In this document: positions 12,520-31,277 of the stretch, in pieces
How positions within the stretch are numbered: the first letter of the stretch is position 1
Layout: every line of letters begins with the position of its first letter
Notes under the pieces: generated by a model
Told to the model about the DNA's origin: nothing
The model's database searches: none
The model's input: only the letters and a program-made list of their open reading frames with translations
Program-made: the position numbers and the translations under genes
NCBI GenBank assembly: GCA_951406725.2
Contig: OX597814.1
Coordinates: 171,182,001-171,246,000 of the forward strand
Source of the DNA: Octopus vulgaris
Taxonomy: Eukaryota
Direction: 5' to 3'
DNA length: 64,000 nt

Positions 12520-12520
<1 letters not shown>
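12111..12520 (+). mobile_element. 3' end of an R4/Dong-like REL-endonuclease non-LTR retrotransposon, inserted in (TAA)n
   Basis: Frameshifted KDLLIEIEKMWHLKTVTIPV/IVGALGMIK...EIQKIVLMGTAHILRKILSM*; (AAT)n on both sides. Confidence 0.75.
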
Positions 12521-12582
<62 letters not shown>

Positions 12583-12584
12583 CC

Positions 12585-12786
12585 TTACTACTGGAGGCAT
12601 AAGACTTGAAATTTTGGGCGAGGGGGTAAGTCGATCACACCGACTCCAGTACTTGACTCGTCCTTAATTTATCGAACGGAAAGGATGAAAGGCAAAGTCG
12701 ACTCAGGACGTAGCGGACTGGCAAAATATCGCTAAGCATTTCGTCCAGTGTGCTAACGATTTTGCCAGCTCGCCGCCTTAATAATA

Positions 12787-12839
<53 letters not shown>

Positions 12840-13039
12840 TGGTTTCAAATTTTGCCACAAGAGCAGTTAGTCATTTTGGGAAAGGGGATGAGTCGATTAC
12901 ATCGACCCCAGTGTTCAACTGGTACTTGTTTTATCGACCCCGAAAGGATGAAAGGGCCAAGTCGACCTCGGCGGAATTTGAACTCAGAACGTAAAGACGG
13001 GCGAAGTGCCTCTAAGCATTTTGTCCGGCGTGCTAACGA

Positions 13040-13040
<1 letters not shown>
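12585..13040 (-). mobile_element. Two SINE family A copies separated by (AAT)n
   Basis: gaaaggatgaaag..aagtcgac, gctaacgat..gccagctcgccgcc. Confidence 0.75.
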
Positions 13041-13702
<662 letters not shown>

Positions 13703-13959
13703 CAAGTTTGAGAATTGGTCACGACTCGGACGTTTTTGCACCATAGGATGTGCCTGCTGAGGCCCAATTTAGGAAACACGTTAACACAACTACTGTAACA
13801 AATAAAATATGCTGTGGCTGCTCTGAATGGTGGATGGGTTGTAAAAATGCTTGAAATAAATAAATCTATTGACGTGTTTATGAAATGATCACGCCCGATT
13901 CTGTTCTACTTCCACACACACACACGCACACACAGGCACACACACACACACAAACACCT

Positions 13960-13994
<35 letters not shown>

Positions 13995-14211
13995 CCTACA
14001 TACACACACACACACACACACACCTACACACACATGCACACATACACAGATAAGAATGTCAGTGAGTGTGTGTGTATTTATAAATTAATACACATGTAAG
14101 CGCGTACACACATACACATATATTCACAATTATAAATATAATGTTATATATATGTATAAAACATATGTATATAATATATACATATATATAGATATATATA
14201 TATATATATAT

Positions 14212-14246
<35 letters not shown>

Positions 14247-14475
14247 CTTATATACTCATATATATATTTATATACACATATATATACATATATATATATA
14301 TACATATACACATACATACATATATATATATGTATAGATACATATATACATATATATATATATATACATATATATATACATATATATATATATACATATA
14401 TACATATACACATACATACATATATATATGTATAGTTACATATATACATATATATATTTATATATATATATACAT

Positions 14476-14567
<92 letters not shown>

Positions 14568-14569
14568 TT

Positions 14570-15522
14570 TGTCGTTTACAGTCATTTGACTGTGGCCATT
14601 CTGGGGCATAGCCTTGAAGGGTTTAGTCGAACATACCGACCGCAGTACGTATCATATTAAACCTGATACTTTTTCTATTGCCTACTTTTTGATGATCCGC
14701 TAGGTTACAGACCAGCATTGGATGTCAAGTGGTGTGAAGGACAAACGTAAACACACACAACAGGCTTCTTTCAGTTTCCGTCTGACACATCCACTGATGA
14801 ATTTTGGTCGGTCTGGGGTTACAGTGTACTTGCCTAAGGTACCGTGCTGTGGGATTGAACCCGAAACCTCGTGGTCAGGAAACAAACAGTCACACTTATA
14901 TAAAATACATGCGCGCGCGCGCGCGCGTGTGTGTGTGTGTATGCGTGTATAAATATAATATATATATATACGTTTGTGTGTGTGTGTGTGTGTGTGCATA
15001 TATGTTTATATTATTCTATGATATGTGGCTGTGTGGTAAGAAGCTTGCTTCCCAACTTCATGGTTCTAAGTTCAGTCGCACTGCATGGCACATTGGCCAA
15101 GTGCCTTCCTCTATAGTCTCGGGCCGAATAAATCCTTTGTGAGTGGATATGGGGGACGGATAAAAAAGCAAAGAGACAATAAAACATCGAGTTTTGTGTG
15201 TATGTGTGTGTGTGTGTGCGTCTGTTTGTTCGATACCAACACTGGACAACCGGTGTTGGTGTGTTTACATTCCAATAGTGAAACAATTCCTAGAACGAGA
15301 CTCATAGAACAAGTACTATGAGAAAAAAAAAAAAAACCGAAGAAAAGATCCCTGGGGCGATACATTCGACTAAAAATTCTTCTAGACGGTGCACCAGCAT
15401 GGCTGCAGTGTCATGTCTGAAACAAATAAAAGATAGACAATAAGATATATTATCACACACACACACATATACACACACACATATACACACACATATACAC
15501 ACACACATACACACACACACAT

Positions 15523-15555
<33 letters not shown>

Positions 15556-15780
15556 CACGTACATAAATATATATATACATACACACATATATACAGGCAC
15601 TCACACACACACACATATACACACATACTCTTTACTCTTTTTTACTCTTTTACTTGTTTCAGTCATTTGACTGTGGCCATGCTGGAGCACCGCCTTTAGT
15701 CGAGCAAATCGACCCCGGGACTTATTCTTTGTAAGCCCAGTACTTATTCTATCGGTCTATTTTGCCGAACCGCTAAGTGA
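14570..15780. mobile_element. Cluster of diverged SINE family B copies (14570-14895 minus, 15025-15430 plus, 15628-15780 minus tail)
   Basis: Matches to head, CORE-like and tail motifs. Confidence 0.7.
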
Positions 15781-16924
15781 CATATAAATATATATACATA
15801 CACATATATATACATACACATATATAAAAGAAACACATATATATATATACATACACATATATAAAAGAAACACACACACACACATATATATATATACACA
15901 CACACATAACACACACACACATCTATAATTTTGTTGTTCCTTTTTATTGCTAACTCCCACCCAATTCTTTTATTGTCACCATTGGGGCTGGCAAAGATTT
16001 TCTTTCTGTTTTTCCCCCCTCAAGCAACTCAAATTATTACTTCGCAGTTAACAACAACAACAACACCACCACCACCACCACCATCACCACAGCAGCAATA
16101 ATATTAATGATAATCATAATGATAATAAAACTTTCACAATCAGAAAATAAACGCAGAAACATGCAAAAAAAAAAACAAAAACAAAAACAAAAAAAAACGT
16201 TATAAATAAAAACAAAATCAATAATTCTTGTTAGGAAAAAGCTTATATAATAATCTGGAATATTTTATTCTGTTGTAAATATTTTTTCTTCTTAGTCCTT
16301 TTATTTCTTACTTTTGTGGGGGTTATTTCGAATTTGTTGAGTAGGGTTCAGGCACTGGGTGTGGGTTGTTTTTTTCTGTCTTATTTTTTCATTATGATTT
16401 CTCTCAATTATTTTGTTTCCCTTTCTCTCTCTTTCTCTATTATGTATGTATGTATGTATGTATGTATGTATGTATGTGTGTATGTATGTATGTATGTATG
16501 CATGTATGTATGTATGCATGTATGTATGTGTGTATGTATGTATGTATGTATGTATGTATGTATGTATGTATGTATGTATGTATGTGTGTATGTATGTATG
16601 TCTGTCTGTCTGTCTGTATGTATGTATGTATGTGTGTGTGTATGTATCTATGTATGTATGTATGTATGTATGAATGTATGTATGTATGTATGTGTCTATA
16701 TGTATATATATATGCATGAATGTATATATATGTGTATATAAATACATTTATATGGATATATATATGTATATATGTTTATACGTACCTATATAAATGTATA
16801 CATACATTCTTTTATTATTTTACTCTTATTCATATATATATATATATTTATCTATAAACACTCCTGAAAATAGAAATCTATCGCAGAAGTTTTACATGCT
16901 TGCGAAATCATATAGGCAGAGATT

Positions 16925-17007
<83 letters not shown>

Positions 17008-17191
17008 TATATGTATTTGTACATATATATGTATTTGTACATAAATATAAATATAAATAATTATACATATATGAATAAATACATATATAGATAAACAAAT
17101 ACATGTGTATATATATATATATATAAATATATAAATAAACATGCATATATAAATATAACTAATTGTATATATATATATATATATACATTTC

Positions 17192-17258
<67 letters not shown>

Positions 17259-17367
17259 TACACACATATATAAGCATATAAGTGGCAAACAAGGTGGAAA
17301 ATTAGTACTCGAACATCAAAGGTGGAGAAATATACTTTTTTTATTATAGCTGCAAAATTATGACAGA

Positions 17368-17407
17368 ATTGTTACACAGAGTTTCACGTTCCCGTTCGTC
17401 GGTCAAT
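17368..17407 (-). ncRNA. Minimal hammerhead ribozyme-like motif
   Basis: Minus strand attga-CCGACGA-acg(ggaa)cgt-GAA-ACTCTGTGT-A-acaat. Confidence 0.45.
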
Positions 17408-17425
17408 CATGTGTACATACGTGTG

Positions 17426-17526
<101 letters not shown>

Positions 17527-17575
17527 CTGTGTGTAAATATACTATTTGACAATTATTATCTTACCATTTTTATCA

Positions 17576-17607
<32 letters not shown>

Positions 17608-17715
17608 GCAAATGTATATAAATCTGCGTGTATACATCGATATGCTCACATACACATACATACATATATACACACACATAGATGCTTATACACACACACA
17701 CAATTGAGTCGATTT

Positions 17716-17792
17716 GGTCTCCAATAATCGCCTGTCAGCTTACACAAACCGTCAGAGGTTGTTTGTTGGTCGACAGGCGACACTTGAAGATC
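17716..17792 (+). ncRNA. Candidate pre-miRNA-like hairpin
   Basis: tcgcctgtc pairs with gacaggcga; ~20 of 24 positions paired with G-U wobbles, 6-nt loop, basal stem ggtctccaa/ttgaagatc; not repeated elsewhere in the window. Confidence 0.4.
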
Positions 17793-18405
17793 CTTTCCAT
17801 TTGGTGTTTTGCAATAAAATTTTTACTCAACTGCTTTATTCATAAACCAGCCTTAAAACTTTACAACCTAATTCAACATTTATATACATCATACACCCAC
17901 ACACACATATTCACACATGCCATCACACGCACACACATCCACATTACATATACATTACATAAATTGGATACCCATGTTCGCTTCGTAAGCAAGCGGTTCC
18001 GAATTCAGTGGCAGTGTCGTCTCCTATAACAACCCCCGTGACGACCGATGCCTTTCGATAAAAACTTGGTGCACCCGAAGCGCACGAGAGCCTGATGTAC
18101 ATACATGTAAGTGTGCATGTTTACGTTGGTATATGTTCTATATCGTTCGATAAATATCAATAGAAATATATATATACATATATACATTCATTGATACATA
18201 TATATATACATACACACACGCACACACAGGCGCACACATTGAAATCAACAAATATATGTATATATTTTAATATTCATAGGTATATGTAATATATATATCC
18301 ACCGTATATGATACTTGTAAAACATGTGTTGTGTATATAATATACATTATATGTATACATTTATGAGTGCATATACAATTATATCTGTGCATATACAATT
18401 ATATC

Positions 18406-18448
<43 letters not shown>

Positions 18449-18536
18449 AGACTATATGAAGACATAAAATGTACTATATCGAAAATATGTGTGTGGGTCT
18501 ACGCATATATCTGTATTATATATTCCTACGTACATC

Positions 18537-18570
<34 letters not shown>

Positions 18571-18708
18571 CATATACACATACATATATATGCACATATA
18601 CATACAAATATGTGTTATATGCACACATGTATCTATCTATATACACACACATTTATATACGTATATATATGAATATATATCTTATATATGATATAAGTAT
18701 GTATGTTG

Positions 18709-18746
<38 letters not shown>

Positions 18747-18861
18747 TTAAATAGACAATATATGTAACATTTATAATATATATATGATACACACACACAC
18801 ACACATATATATATAGTTATATATATACATACACACACACATATATATATATTTATATAAC

Positions 18862-18930
<69 letters not shown>

Positions 18931-19034
18931 TATACATGTATATAACTATATATATATATTTATTTATTATACACACACACACACACATATATATGTAGAC
19001 TCATGTGATTTCTTAGAAACGTATTTATATACAA

Positions 19035-19205
19035 GATGAAATGCTTAGCAACACTTCGTCCGTCGCTACGTTCTGAGTTCAAATCCTGCCGAGGTCAACT
19101 TCGTCTTTCATCCTTTCGGGTCGATAACATAATAACCAGTTGAACATTGGGGGGTCGATGTAATCGATTCATTCCCACCTCTCCCAAGCTGCCCTTGGGG
19201 CAAAG
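19035..19205 (+). mobile_element. SINE family A, 5'-truncated
   Basis: gaaatgcttagc..cgttctgagttcaaatcc..tttcatcctttcggg. Confidence 0.75.
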
Positions 19206-19207
19206 CT

Positions 19208-19282
<75 letters not shown>

Positions 19283-19659
19283 ATATGTGTGTGTGTGTGT
19301 GTGTGTCCGTGTGTGTATGTGTGTGTCCGTGTGTGTGTGTATGTGTACTTGTTTAAATGTATTTATGAAATTTAGAGCATGTGTAAGAAGATATATAAAA
19401 CACAGGTAAGAATGTCACCTGCTTTGGCTTCTTCGCACACCTAATTTTTAAACTCGGCATTTGTCAACTTCGGATTTCATCCTTTTGCGGTCGATAACTA
19501 TAAGTAACAATTGAATATGGGCTCGATTTTTCCTCTCTTTGACTTACTGCCGGTTTCCACCTTTCACTAGAAAACATCGGAATTAAAAAAATATCTAGAA
19601 GAAATATCGTACGTCATGGTATCGCCCACCACGTCTCTTTGTGGTTTGTGGCCCTTGGT

Positions 19660-22870
<3,211 letters not shown>

Positions 22871-23082
22871 TGTATATACACAAAAACAAAATAGGAGAGT
22901 TTGTTGATAACACGAAATTATGTTGCCTTCTTATATCCATCATCATGCATGCACAGAACAATTCCACAATTGCAGAGAAATAAGGAAAATCCCGGTGTAG
23001 CCTCTGAGAAAAAAATGAATTCTTCTTCATTTTTCTTCTATCTTTGTCCATCCATTATCTGTTTCATGAAAACTTGACTCAC

Positions 23083-23158
23083 TCTTCTCACATTCCTAGT
23101 TTCTTCCACCATTTTTCTTGGACTGCTCTGCTTCCTTTCGACTGAGAAACATCGGCGG
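23083..23158 (-). other. Candidate spliced exon (host gene or lncRNA, product unknown)
   Basis: Minus-strand acceptor ctcactttttctctttctccacAG at 23159-23160; possible donor GTGAGT at 23082-23077; non-repetitive sequence. Confidence 0.3.
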
Positions 23159-24344
23159 CTGTGGAGAAAGAGAAAAAGTGAGTTTTGGTAATGTGGATGT
23201 ATGTGTGTGTGTGTGTGTGTAATTGTGTACGTTTGTGTCTGTGTGTGTTTGAGTAAAAATTTATATGCGTCGCGTTTATGTGTTTGCGTGTGAATGTGTC
23301 TGCTAGCGTTATTGGAAAACTTAGGAATGGGGTTGAACAAATTATACCGAAAGCAAGTATATATATATATATATATCAGCAGTAGCAGCAGCAACAACAA
23401 TAACAACACCTACATCAATAACGTTGACGACAACGACATCAACAAGAACAACAACAACAATCGCAAACGTTTAATTCGATTTTGAACTTCAAAAAAAAAA
23501 AAAAAAACCACACGTTTATTTCATACAGCGAATAGAAGAAATAGCCAAATCACCCTCAAAGAACACCTTCCCGACGTATATATATATACATAAAATAAAA
23601 TCGTCCACATTGTACAGCACACACACACGCTCACCACACTCACACAGAAAACGGTCAATGGTCATGTCACGAGTGGAACGTTATTGATCATACGTTTGCC
23701 CAGTTAGGTCTCACCTGGGGTTAAAAAAAAAAACAGCAGTAAACTTCTCTGTATTACTTTATATACTGCTTTATTCCACAATTGCAGTGTGTATTAAACA
23801 CTCCGGTGTGTTTAACATAACTATATTCCACTCTACTCTAACACAATTACACTTACACTACACTTATACTACATTATATTTCTCTATATTATGTTATATT
23901 TTTGCTTCACCGTATAATACATAGCATGATATTTTCACAACATATAGAGATAAAACTAACTTCTCGTTTTCTTAAGCCTAACTACACTTTTCTTTTCCTT
24001 ACACCGCAAATAAATAACACATCTTCTTGACTATTCGCTATATTGCACTATCCTACACTACAAAACACCGTACTAAACTACACTGTGCTATACTGCTTCA
24101 CACTAAGCTATAATACTATGTCTTGGGAGATCTGGCTGCCATTTCTAACAAATCGAGTGACTGTTTAGAGGCTCACTCGGGGCTGGTATTATTATTATTG
24201 GTGTTGTAACGTAGCGTGGTTAGGTTTCTAGTCGTGTTTGTTGTTTAGCCTCAGGTCAGCCCCAGTTCCACATTATTCCGCACAGCACATCTCAAACCGC
24301 ATAACACCTTCAACACACTAGCGTTACTCGGATCTTGTTAAAAA

Positions 24345-24523
24345 TTCTTTCAACCACTTGAAGTTATTTCATATTTTTATCTCATTATTTAAAAAAAAAT
24401 GTACGTTTGCAGGCTGATGATGAGCGTCACATTAATTTTCCCCCCCAAAATTTTTGTAATTAGTGTTGGAAATTTAAAAAAAAATCAGGTGAAAATTTGA
24501 AATACTTCAAGTGGTTGGAAGAA
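24345..24523. mobile_element. MITE-like element with ~38-bp inverted repeats
   Basis: ttctttcaaccacttgaagttatttcatattttt / aaaatttgaaatacttcaagtggttggaagaa. Confidence 0.55.
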
Positions 24524-25172
24524 CACTCCGGCACACTGCACTAAGCTACTCCACTCTGTGCACTCATCTCTGTGATACTTACATTACTCTTCTATACACT
24601 ATCACTACTAAATTATACTATACGAGTCCACATACAATCAATTGGTCACTCGACGTGCTAGAAACAGCAGTCAAATCTCTTTCAAATCATTCGTAAAAAC
24701 AGAGAACAGAAAAATGATGCCTTTGGCAAATTAAGTCCCTCATATGCTAACAAAACTGAAATGGTCAGATTTTGGCCATTAGTTTACTCAATCAGATTTG
24801 ACCTGGGGCTTAAACAACGAGAATACGAATAATCAAAGCCCCGAGAGAGCTTCTAACAGGTCACTCGATCTATTAGAAACAGTAGCCAAATCTCTCTCAA
24901 TTCATGAGAACAAGATACACGAGACAAAGCAATGCCTAAAAAAAAAAGAAAAAAAAGACGGGGGATAGTCACGGCTGGAATGCCTTAGCAGCTACACTGG
25001 TCTGCTCTATCAGGGCTGACCTGGGACTAAACAAAAACAACACAAACAATTAGGAAAATTTCAATTGTCCTGACATGATAGGACTATCATGATTGGTGTA
25101 TCTGATCAGCACGATCAAGTTGGCCTAGGGTTAAAAACAATAACAGTTCCTCTCCACACAATTACAATATAT

Positions 25173-25235
<63 letters not shown>

Positions 25236-26019
25236 GGCTCACACACACACACACACACAGAGGCAACATAGAAGCGTGCATACATACATATATACAAGCA
25301 CAACAAATACAAATACACGAGAGAGGAGGCTCTACGTCGTGGTCTTCCACACGCTAGAAAGCGCAGCTCAACCCCCAAACTCTCCCCTCAAATCTTACCG
25401 TCTTTTTCAGAAACAACAAAAAAAAAAAAATAAGGATACTCTTAGATAATAATGTAGTCCTACACACACTAAGTCTGAATATAAAAAAAAAAAAAAAAAT
25501 AGGATGGCCATATAGGTCGAAAGGTTTTCGATCATGTTATTTACACAATCTACGCTGACCCGGGAGTAGGGAAGAGTATATAACAAGACCACAATAACAA
25601 CACAAAATTCAAACACCACACATACACAGACGCACACACAAACGGACACACATACACACACACACACACACACACCTACACATACATACATAGAGGCGCG
25701 CGCACACATACACACTAACAAATACACAAAAGGCTTTCTTCACGCCTCAATAACTCACGCTCTGTTCCGTGGTAATATCATTGCATGTTATATTCGATAT
25801 ATTTCTGTTATATTCCATATAAACTATTTACAACTACAACAATGAGAATCATAATAATAGGAGGAATAGCTTACATTTATCGCTTTATGTGATAAATTAT
25901 ATATTCTACACCATCACCATCACCACGGATGTTTATCTTGTCTCCTCTTAGCATTTATTTCAATTCATTTGTCTCAAGAATGTGTCCCTGGGTAATGTGT
26001 GTATGTCTGTGTGCGCGTG

Positions 26020-26400
26020 TGTGTGTAGTGTGTGCGTGAAATATAGCCATGTGTGTGTGTGTGTGATGAATGTATGAATATGTATATGCGTGTGTGTGAG
26101 TGTACGTAAAATATAGCTATGTGTGAGATGAATAAGATGGGTGTATGTGTGAAATGTGTGTGCGTAAAATATAGCAATGCGTGTGCGTGAGGTGACTATA
26201 GCTGTGTGAATATGTGCGTGTGTGTGTGTGTGAGATGAATGCCTTGTGTGTATGTGTATGTGTGTGCGTGAGATGAATGCTTTGTGTATGTGTGTGTGCG
26301 TATAAAATATAGCTATGTATGTGTGACAGGAATGTATGAATGTGTATGTATGAAAGTGTACGGATTGAAAAAAGAAAAAAGCTTGCATGTGTGAGATAAA
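26020..26400. repeat. TG-derived minisatellite (units tgcgtaaaatatagc and gtgagatgaat)
   Basis: Alternating motifs repeated 4-5 times. Confidence 0.65.
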
Positions 26401-26544
26401 CGTATAGATGTATGTGTGTGCGTGTATGTGAATGTGTGGACGAGTGCGTATGTGACCGTATTTTCAAAGTGTGCATACTTGTATGTTCAATGTGTGAAGT
26501 GTGTACGATGTAATATAAGATATGTGAGTTCGTGTATTCGGTTT

Positions 26545-26584
<40 letters not shown>

Positions 26585-26904
26585 CTGTATCCATATACAT
26601 AAATGTGATAGTATCGTATGTTTATTATATGTGTTTATGTATATGTCTGCATATGTATGTAGATGTATGTGCGCATGTGAATTTACTTAAATGTGTAGTT
26701 GTATTTTGTGTGTGTGTATGCGTGTGTTTGTATGATTGTAGGCTGTGTGTCTGTGTGTTCGATGTCTATGTGTGTTAATACTATGTCCGTGTTTTTGTAC
26801 GCGCGCGTGTATATATATATATATATATATAAAATGTGGTTGACAGAGATATAAATGTGTATGTATGCATGCGCGCTCTTGTATGTGTGAGTGAGACAGC
26901 GAGA

Positions 26905-26943
<39 letters not shown>

Positions 26944-27051
26944 TGTGTCTGTGTGTCTGTGTGTGTATGTCCTACCAAGTGTCAACGAATGTGGTCGCAT
27001 GCTTCTCTGTGTTATATATTTATTTCATCTTGAATGTGTATGTGTGTGCGA

Positions 27052-27090
<39 letters not shown>

Positions 27091-27130
27091 CATATATTCG
27101 CCTCCCCGCACATACATACATACATACATA

Positions 27131-27204
<74 letters not shown>

Positions 27205-28897
27205 TCAGTAGTCATAAGCACATGTGTGTATATATACATATATCTGTGTATGTGTGTGTGTGTGTGTAGATATTGGATATAGATACAAATCGACAGACGC
27301 ATACAAACATACATAGCCGACCGACTTCCATTGATTTTTTTTTTTTCTTCTCTTTCCCGCCATCGCATACCCTCTCGCAATGTCTCCATTTTTTTTTCTC
27401 CTCTTCCTTATTTTTCTTCTCCTCCCACTCCCACCTCGTGGTCCTTCATTCACTCCCAATCTCTTATCTTCTTTCTTTCGTTTTTCCCCCTTCTCACCTC
27501 TTGTCTTATAACTACTGCTGCTGCTGCTGCTACTGCTGTTGTTGCTACACCGCTGCTGCTGCTGCTGTTGTCACTCTCGCCTAGCCCTGGTCTTCTCTAT
27601 ACGTCACGTCTTCTCACACACATATACACATACACACACACACATGCGTATAGACACACGTACACACACACATAAGCCCGTTTTTCTCCTCTCTGTCTCT
27701 TTGTATCTGATGTTCCCACTACCAGCACGATCAACACCACTACCGCCGCCGCCGCCCTTAGCATCACTACTATCGTGTCAGCGAGAGAATCTCACACTCT
27801 CTCTCTTTCTCTCTCTCTCTCTCTCTATGTGTGTTCGTTCGTTCGTCTGACCTGCTGGAAATAATAGCCGAATAAACCTTGAAATCACAACCTTAAACGT
27901 GTCAGAGAATGATACTTTGGATAAGTTGGGGCTGGGGTTCCATCCACATAGCAAAACAAGCAACAAAAAAGGCAAAAGGAAAAAAAAACCGGGATGGTCA
28001 TTGATGGAATATTTTTGATTATCGAGTCTGTTCCTTCAATACTGACCTGGGACTAAACAACCTTTACCATCACAACAGTCACCACCATCACCACCAAAAC
28101 CACTATCAACACCATCAACCATCACCATCACTACCCCATCACTTCTACCACCATCAACATCACTATGACCACCACCACCACCACAACCACCACTACCACC
28201 ACCACCACTACCACCACCACCACCACCACCATCTCATATACAATCATCACCAACACCACTGCTCACACCCCACCACTATCTCGCACAAGGACTCGTTGTA
28301 TAGATGCACTCTTGATATTCCTTGAGGGGTGATCACGGCTGGAATTAACATAGATCAAAGGGGTTCTTCTCGACCATAACCTGACCTGTGGCTAAACAAC
28401 AAAAACAACAACAATAGCATCAACAAAAACGTCCACGACGACGACGGCAACATCAACATCAACATCGCCATCAGTGTTTCTGTTCTTCTAAATGCCTCAT
28501 CTTAACACCTCCATTTATTGTCTTCCATTCTTCCTATCTCGTGTTCACCTTGCGTTCGTTCCATTCCTAATGTCATCCACCAAACCACTGAGCATCGTCG
28601 TTAGTATAACCACTATCAGCATCAGCACAATCTGACCATTACTATGACCACCACTACCAACACCACCTCTACCACCACCACCACTATCACCACCACTACC
28701 ACCAACACCATCGTTGCCGCTGGCTCCCTCCCTTACAACACCAAGTTCTAGTGTCGAGCGACCCAAAGTTATCTCTATGTAACTGTTACTGGTGATTGGG
28801 GTGTTTCAGTCATCCAGGTTAGTCCAAGACCTGTGATCAAAAGCATTCCAACCGTGACCATCTCGTCTTTCCCTATGTACAGGTGTGTGAGTGTGTG

Positions 28898-28930
<33 letters not shown>

Positions 28931-29076
28931 ATACACACACACATATATCCTTTTATGTTTCAGCCCCGAGGCTGCGGTCATGCTGGGGCAGCGCCAGTGT
29001 AATCACCTTTTAATTCGGCAATTCTATGGGATTGGCTTTTGGTGAAGGAGTGAGCTCGAAACCGCATACATATATG

Positions 29077-29117
<41 letters not shown>

Positions 29118-29220
29118 ACACAAACACACACATATGTATGTGTATATATATATATATATATATACACACATAAACACATACATATAAACACATATATATA
29201 TGTATATATATATATATATA

Positions 29221-29267
<47 letters not shown>

Positions 29268-29360
29268 AATATATTTATATATATTTTATATGGATGTATA
29301 TATATATATGAATGTATTTATATATATTTATACAGATATATATGAATATATACACACACA

Positions 29361-29398
<38 letters not shown>

Positions 29399-30619
29399 CA
29401 TGTATATATATATATATATATATGAATACATACATACATATATATATGTGTGTGTGTATGTATGTATATTGTATATAACGTTGTTCAATCTGTTAGAAAT
29501 AGCAGCCAAATCTTCAAATCAGACCATTTCTTCAGATATCTTAAAAATGCAGGATGGACGTAATAGATAAATGTGTATAATCCTACACAGCTACTTACTA
29601 CCATTACCAAAAGAAGACGAGATGGTCACGGTTAGAATGCCTTCAATAAAAAATAAAAGTCTGCTTGATCAGAATTGATCTGGGGATTAAATAATACGCT
29701 TAATCAGTTTCGCCAATTACTACACAACCGTCCTCGCCATCATCACGAAACACCTCCACCAGTGTCATTATGGGGTTCCATCTTATAATCATCACCCCGA
29801 GGTCCATTGTTTCGCCTTCTATACTATCACACTATACTTATCACCGTTAGGGCAGCCTCTGCGTTGTTGGCCGAGATGCTAGAAATAACAGCCAAATTCT
29901 CCCTCAAGTTTATATACCTTTTCAATCGTTTTAGAAAAAGGATGCTAGCTATATATATATGGTGGTGGGGGTGGATGCTAGAAATAACAGCCAAAATCTC
30001 CCCTCATTTTATGTACCTTTTCAATCGTTTTAGAAAAAGGATGCTAGCTATATATATATATATATATTATATATATATGTATATATATATATATGGTGGT
30101 GGAGGTGGTGTCCCAGTGTTGATAAACAGTAAGGAGAGCGCGCGCTCAAACTTACACACGCACACACACACACTCACGTAGACACACACACTCACAGACT
30201 GGTTGGTCACAGTTTGAGTTTACTTTCGGTCATAGTCTCTGCTCTGCTATGTCAGCAACAACGACAACAATTGCTGCCGCCTCCATCATCACCACCACCA
30301 CTAGCATCACCAACAAATCGCCGCCTCTACCACCACCCTCGCCATCACCAGCACCACAAGCACCAGCACCAGCACCACCACCATTCACCTATGGCTACCA
30401 CCACTACATATTAACTCTTGTACCCTATGAATTTTTGTCCTTGTCTTTCTTTTCCTCTCTCTGTTTGCCCCTCGCTCTCTTCCCCTCATTCGTATGCACA
30501 CTTCACACACAAGTGCACCGACACACCATGGCATAAACCTGCTTGCATACATACACACAAACATGCATATATTTATAAATGTCTATTTGCATGTTTATAT
30601 ATATATCTATATAAACACA

Positions 30620-31022
30620 CAGGAGTGGCTGTGTGGTAAGTAAGTAGCTTGCTAACCAACCACATGGTTCCGGGTTCAGTCCTACTGCGTGGCATCTTGG
30701 GCAAGTGTCTTCTGCTATAGCCCCGGGCCGACCAATGCCTTGTGAGTGGATTTGGTAGACGGAAACTGAAAGAAGCCTGTCGTATATATGTATATGTGTG
30801 TGTTTGTGTGTCTGTGTTTGTCCCCCTAGCATTGCTTGACAACCGATGCTGGTGTGTTTACGTCCCTGTAACTTAGCGGTTCGGCAAAAAAGAGACCGAT
30901 AGAATAAGCACTGGGCTTACAAAAGAATAAGTCTCGGGGTCGATTTGCTCGACTAAAGGCGGTGCTCCAGCATGGCCGCAGTCAAAATGACTGAAACAAG
31001 TAAAAGAGTAAAAGAGTAAGAG
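30620..31022 (+). mobile_element. SINE family B, full length
   Basis: Complete head, CORE-like part, short internal microsatellite, tail (gagtaaaa)n. Confidence 0.9.
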
Positions 31023-31027
31023 TATAT

Positions 31028-31099
<72 letters not shown>

Positions 31100-31277
31100 T
31101 GTATGTATGTACACACACGCACGCAGTTATTGAAATCCTGGAAGGAGATAAAGTTAGGTAACCAAACTCAGTGTCGTTTGTCATCTAACCTAGTTTTATG
31201 TAGTCTGTGCGCATGTATGTCTATATATATCTTCTGTCTTTGAAAACATCTTTCTTCACCCTTTTCCTTCCGGGCTT

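Larger units (their letters stand above)
23530..30050. mobile_element. Cluster of old (CAA)n-tailed interspersed repeat family E (e.g. 24643-24820, 24858-25045, 25345-25600, 27848-28062, 29478-29695)
   Basis: Recurrent motifs gctagaaatagcagccaaat.tc.ctcaa ... ggtcacggctggaatgcc ... ctgacctggggctaaacaac; other copies at 1610-1985, 36735-36860 (-), 37790-37900 (-), 39720-39980, 46395-46570. Confidence 0.65.
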
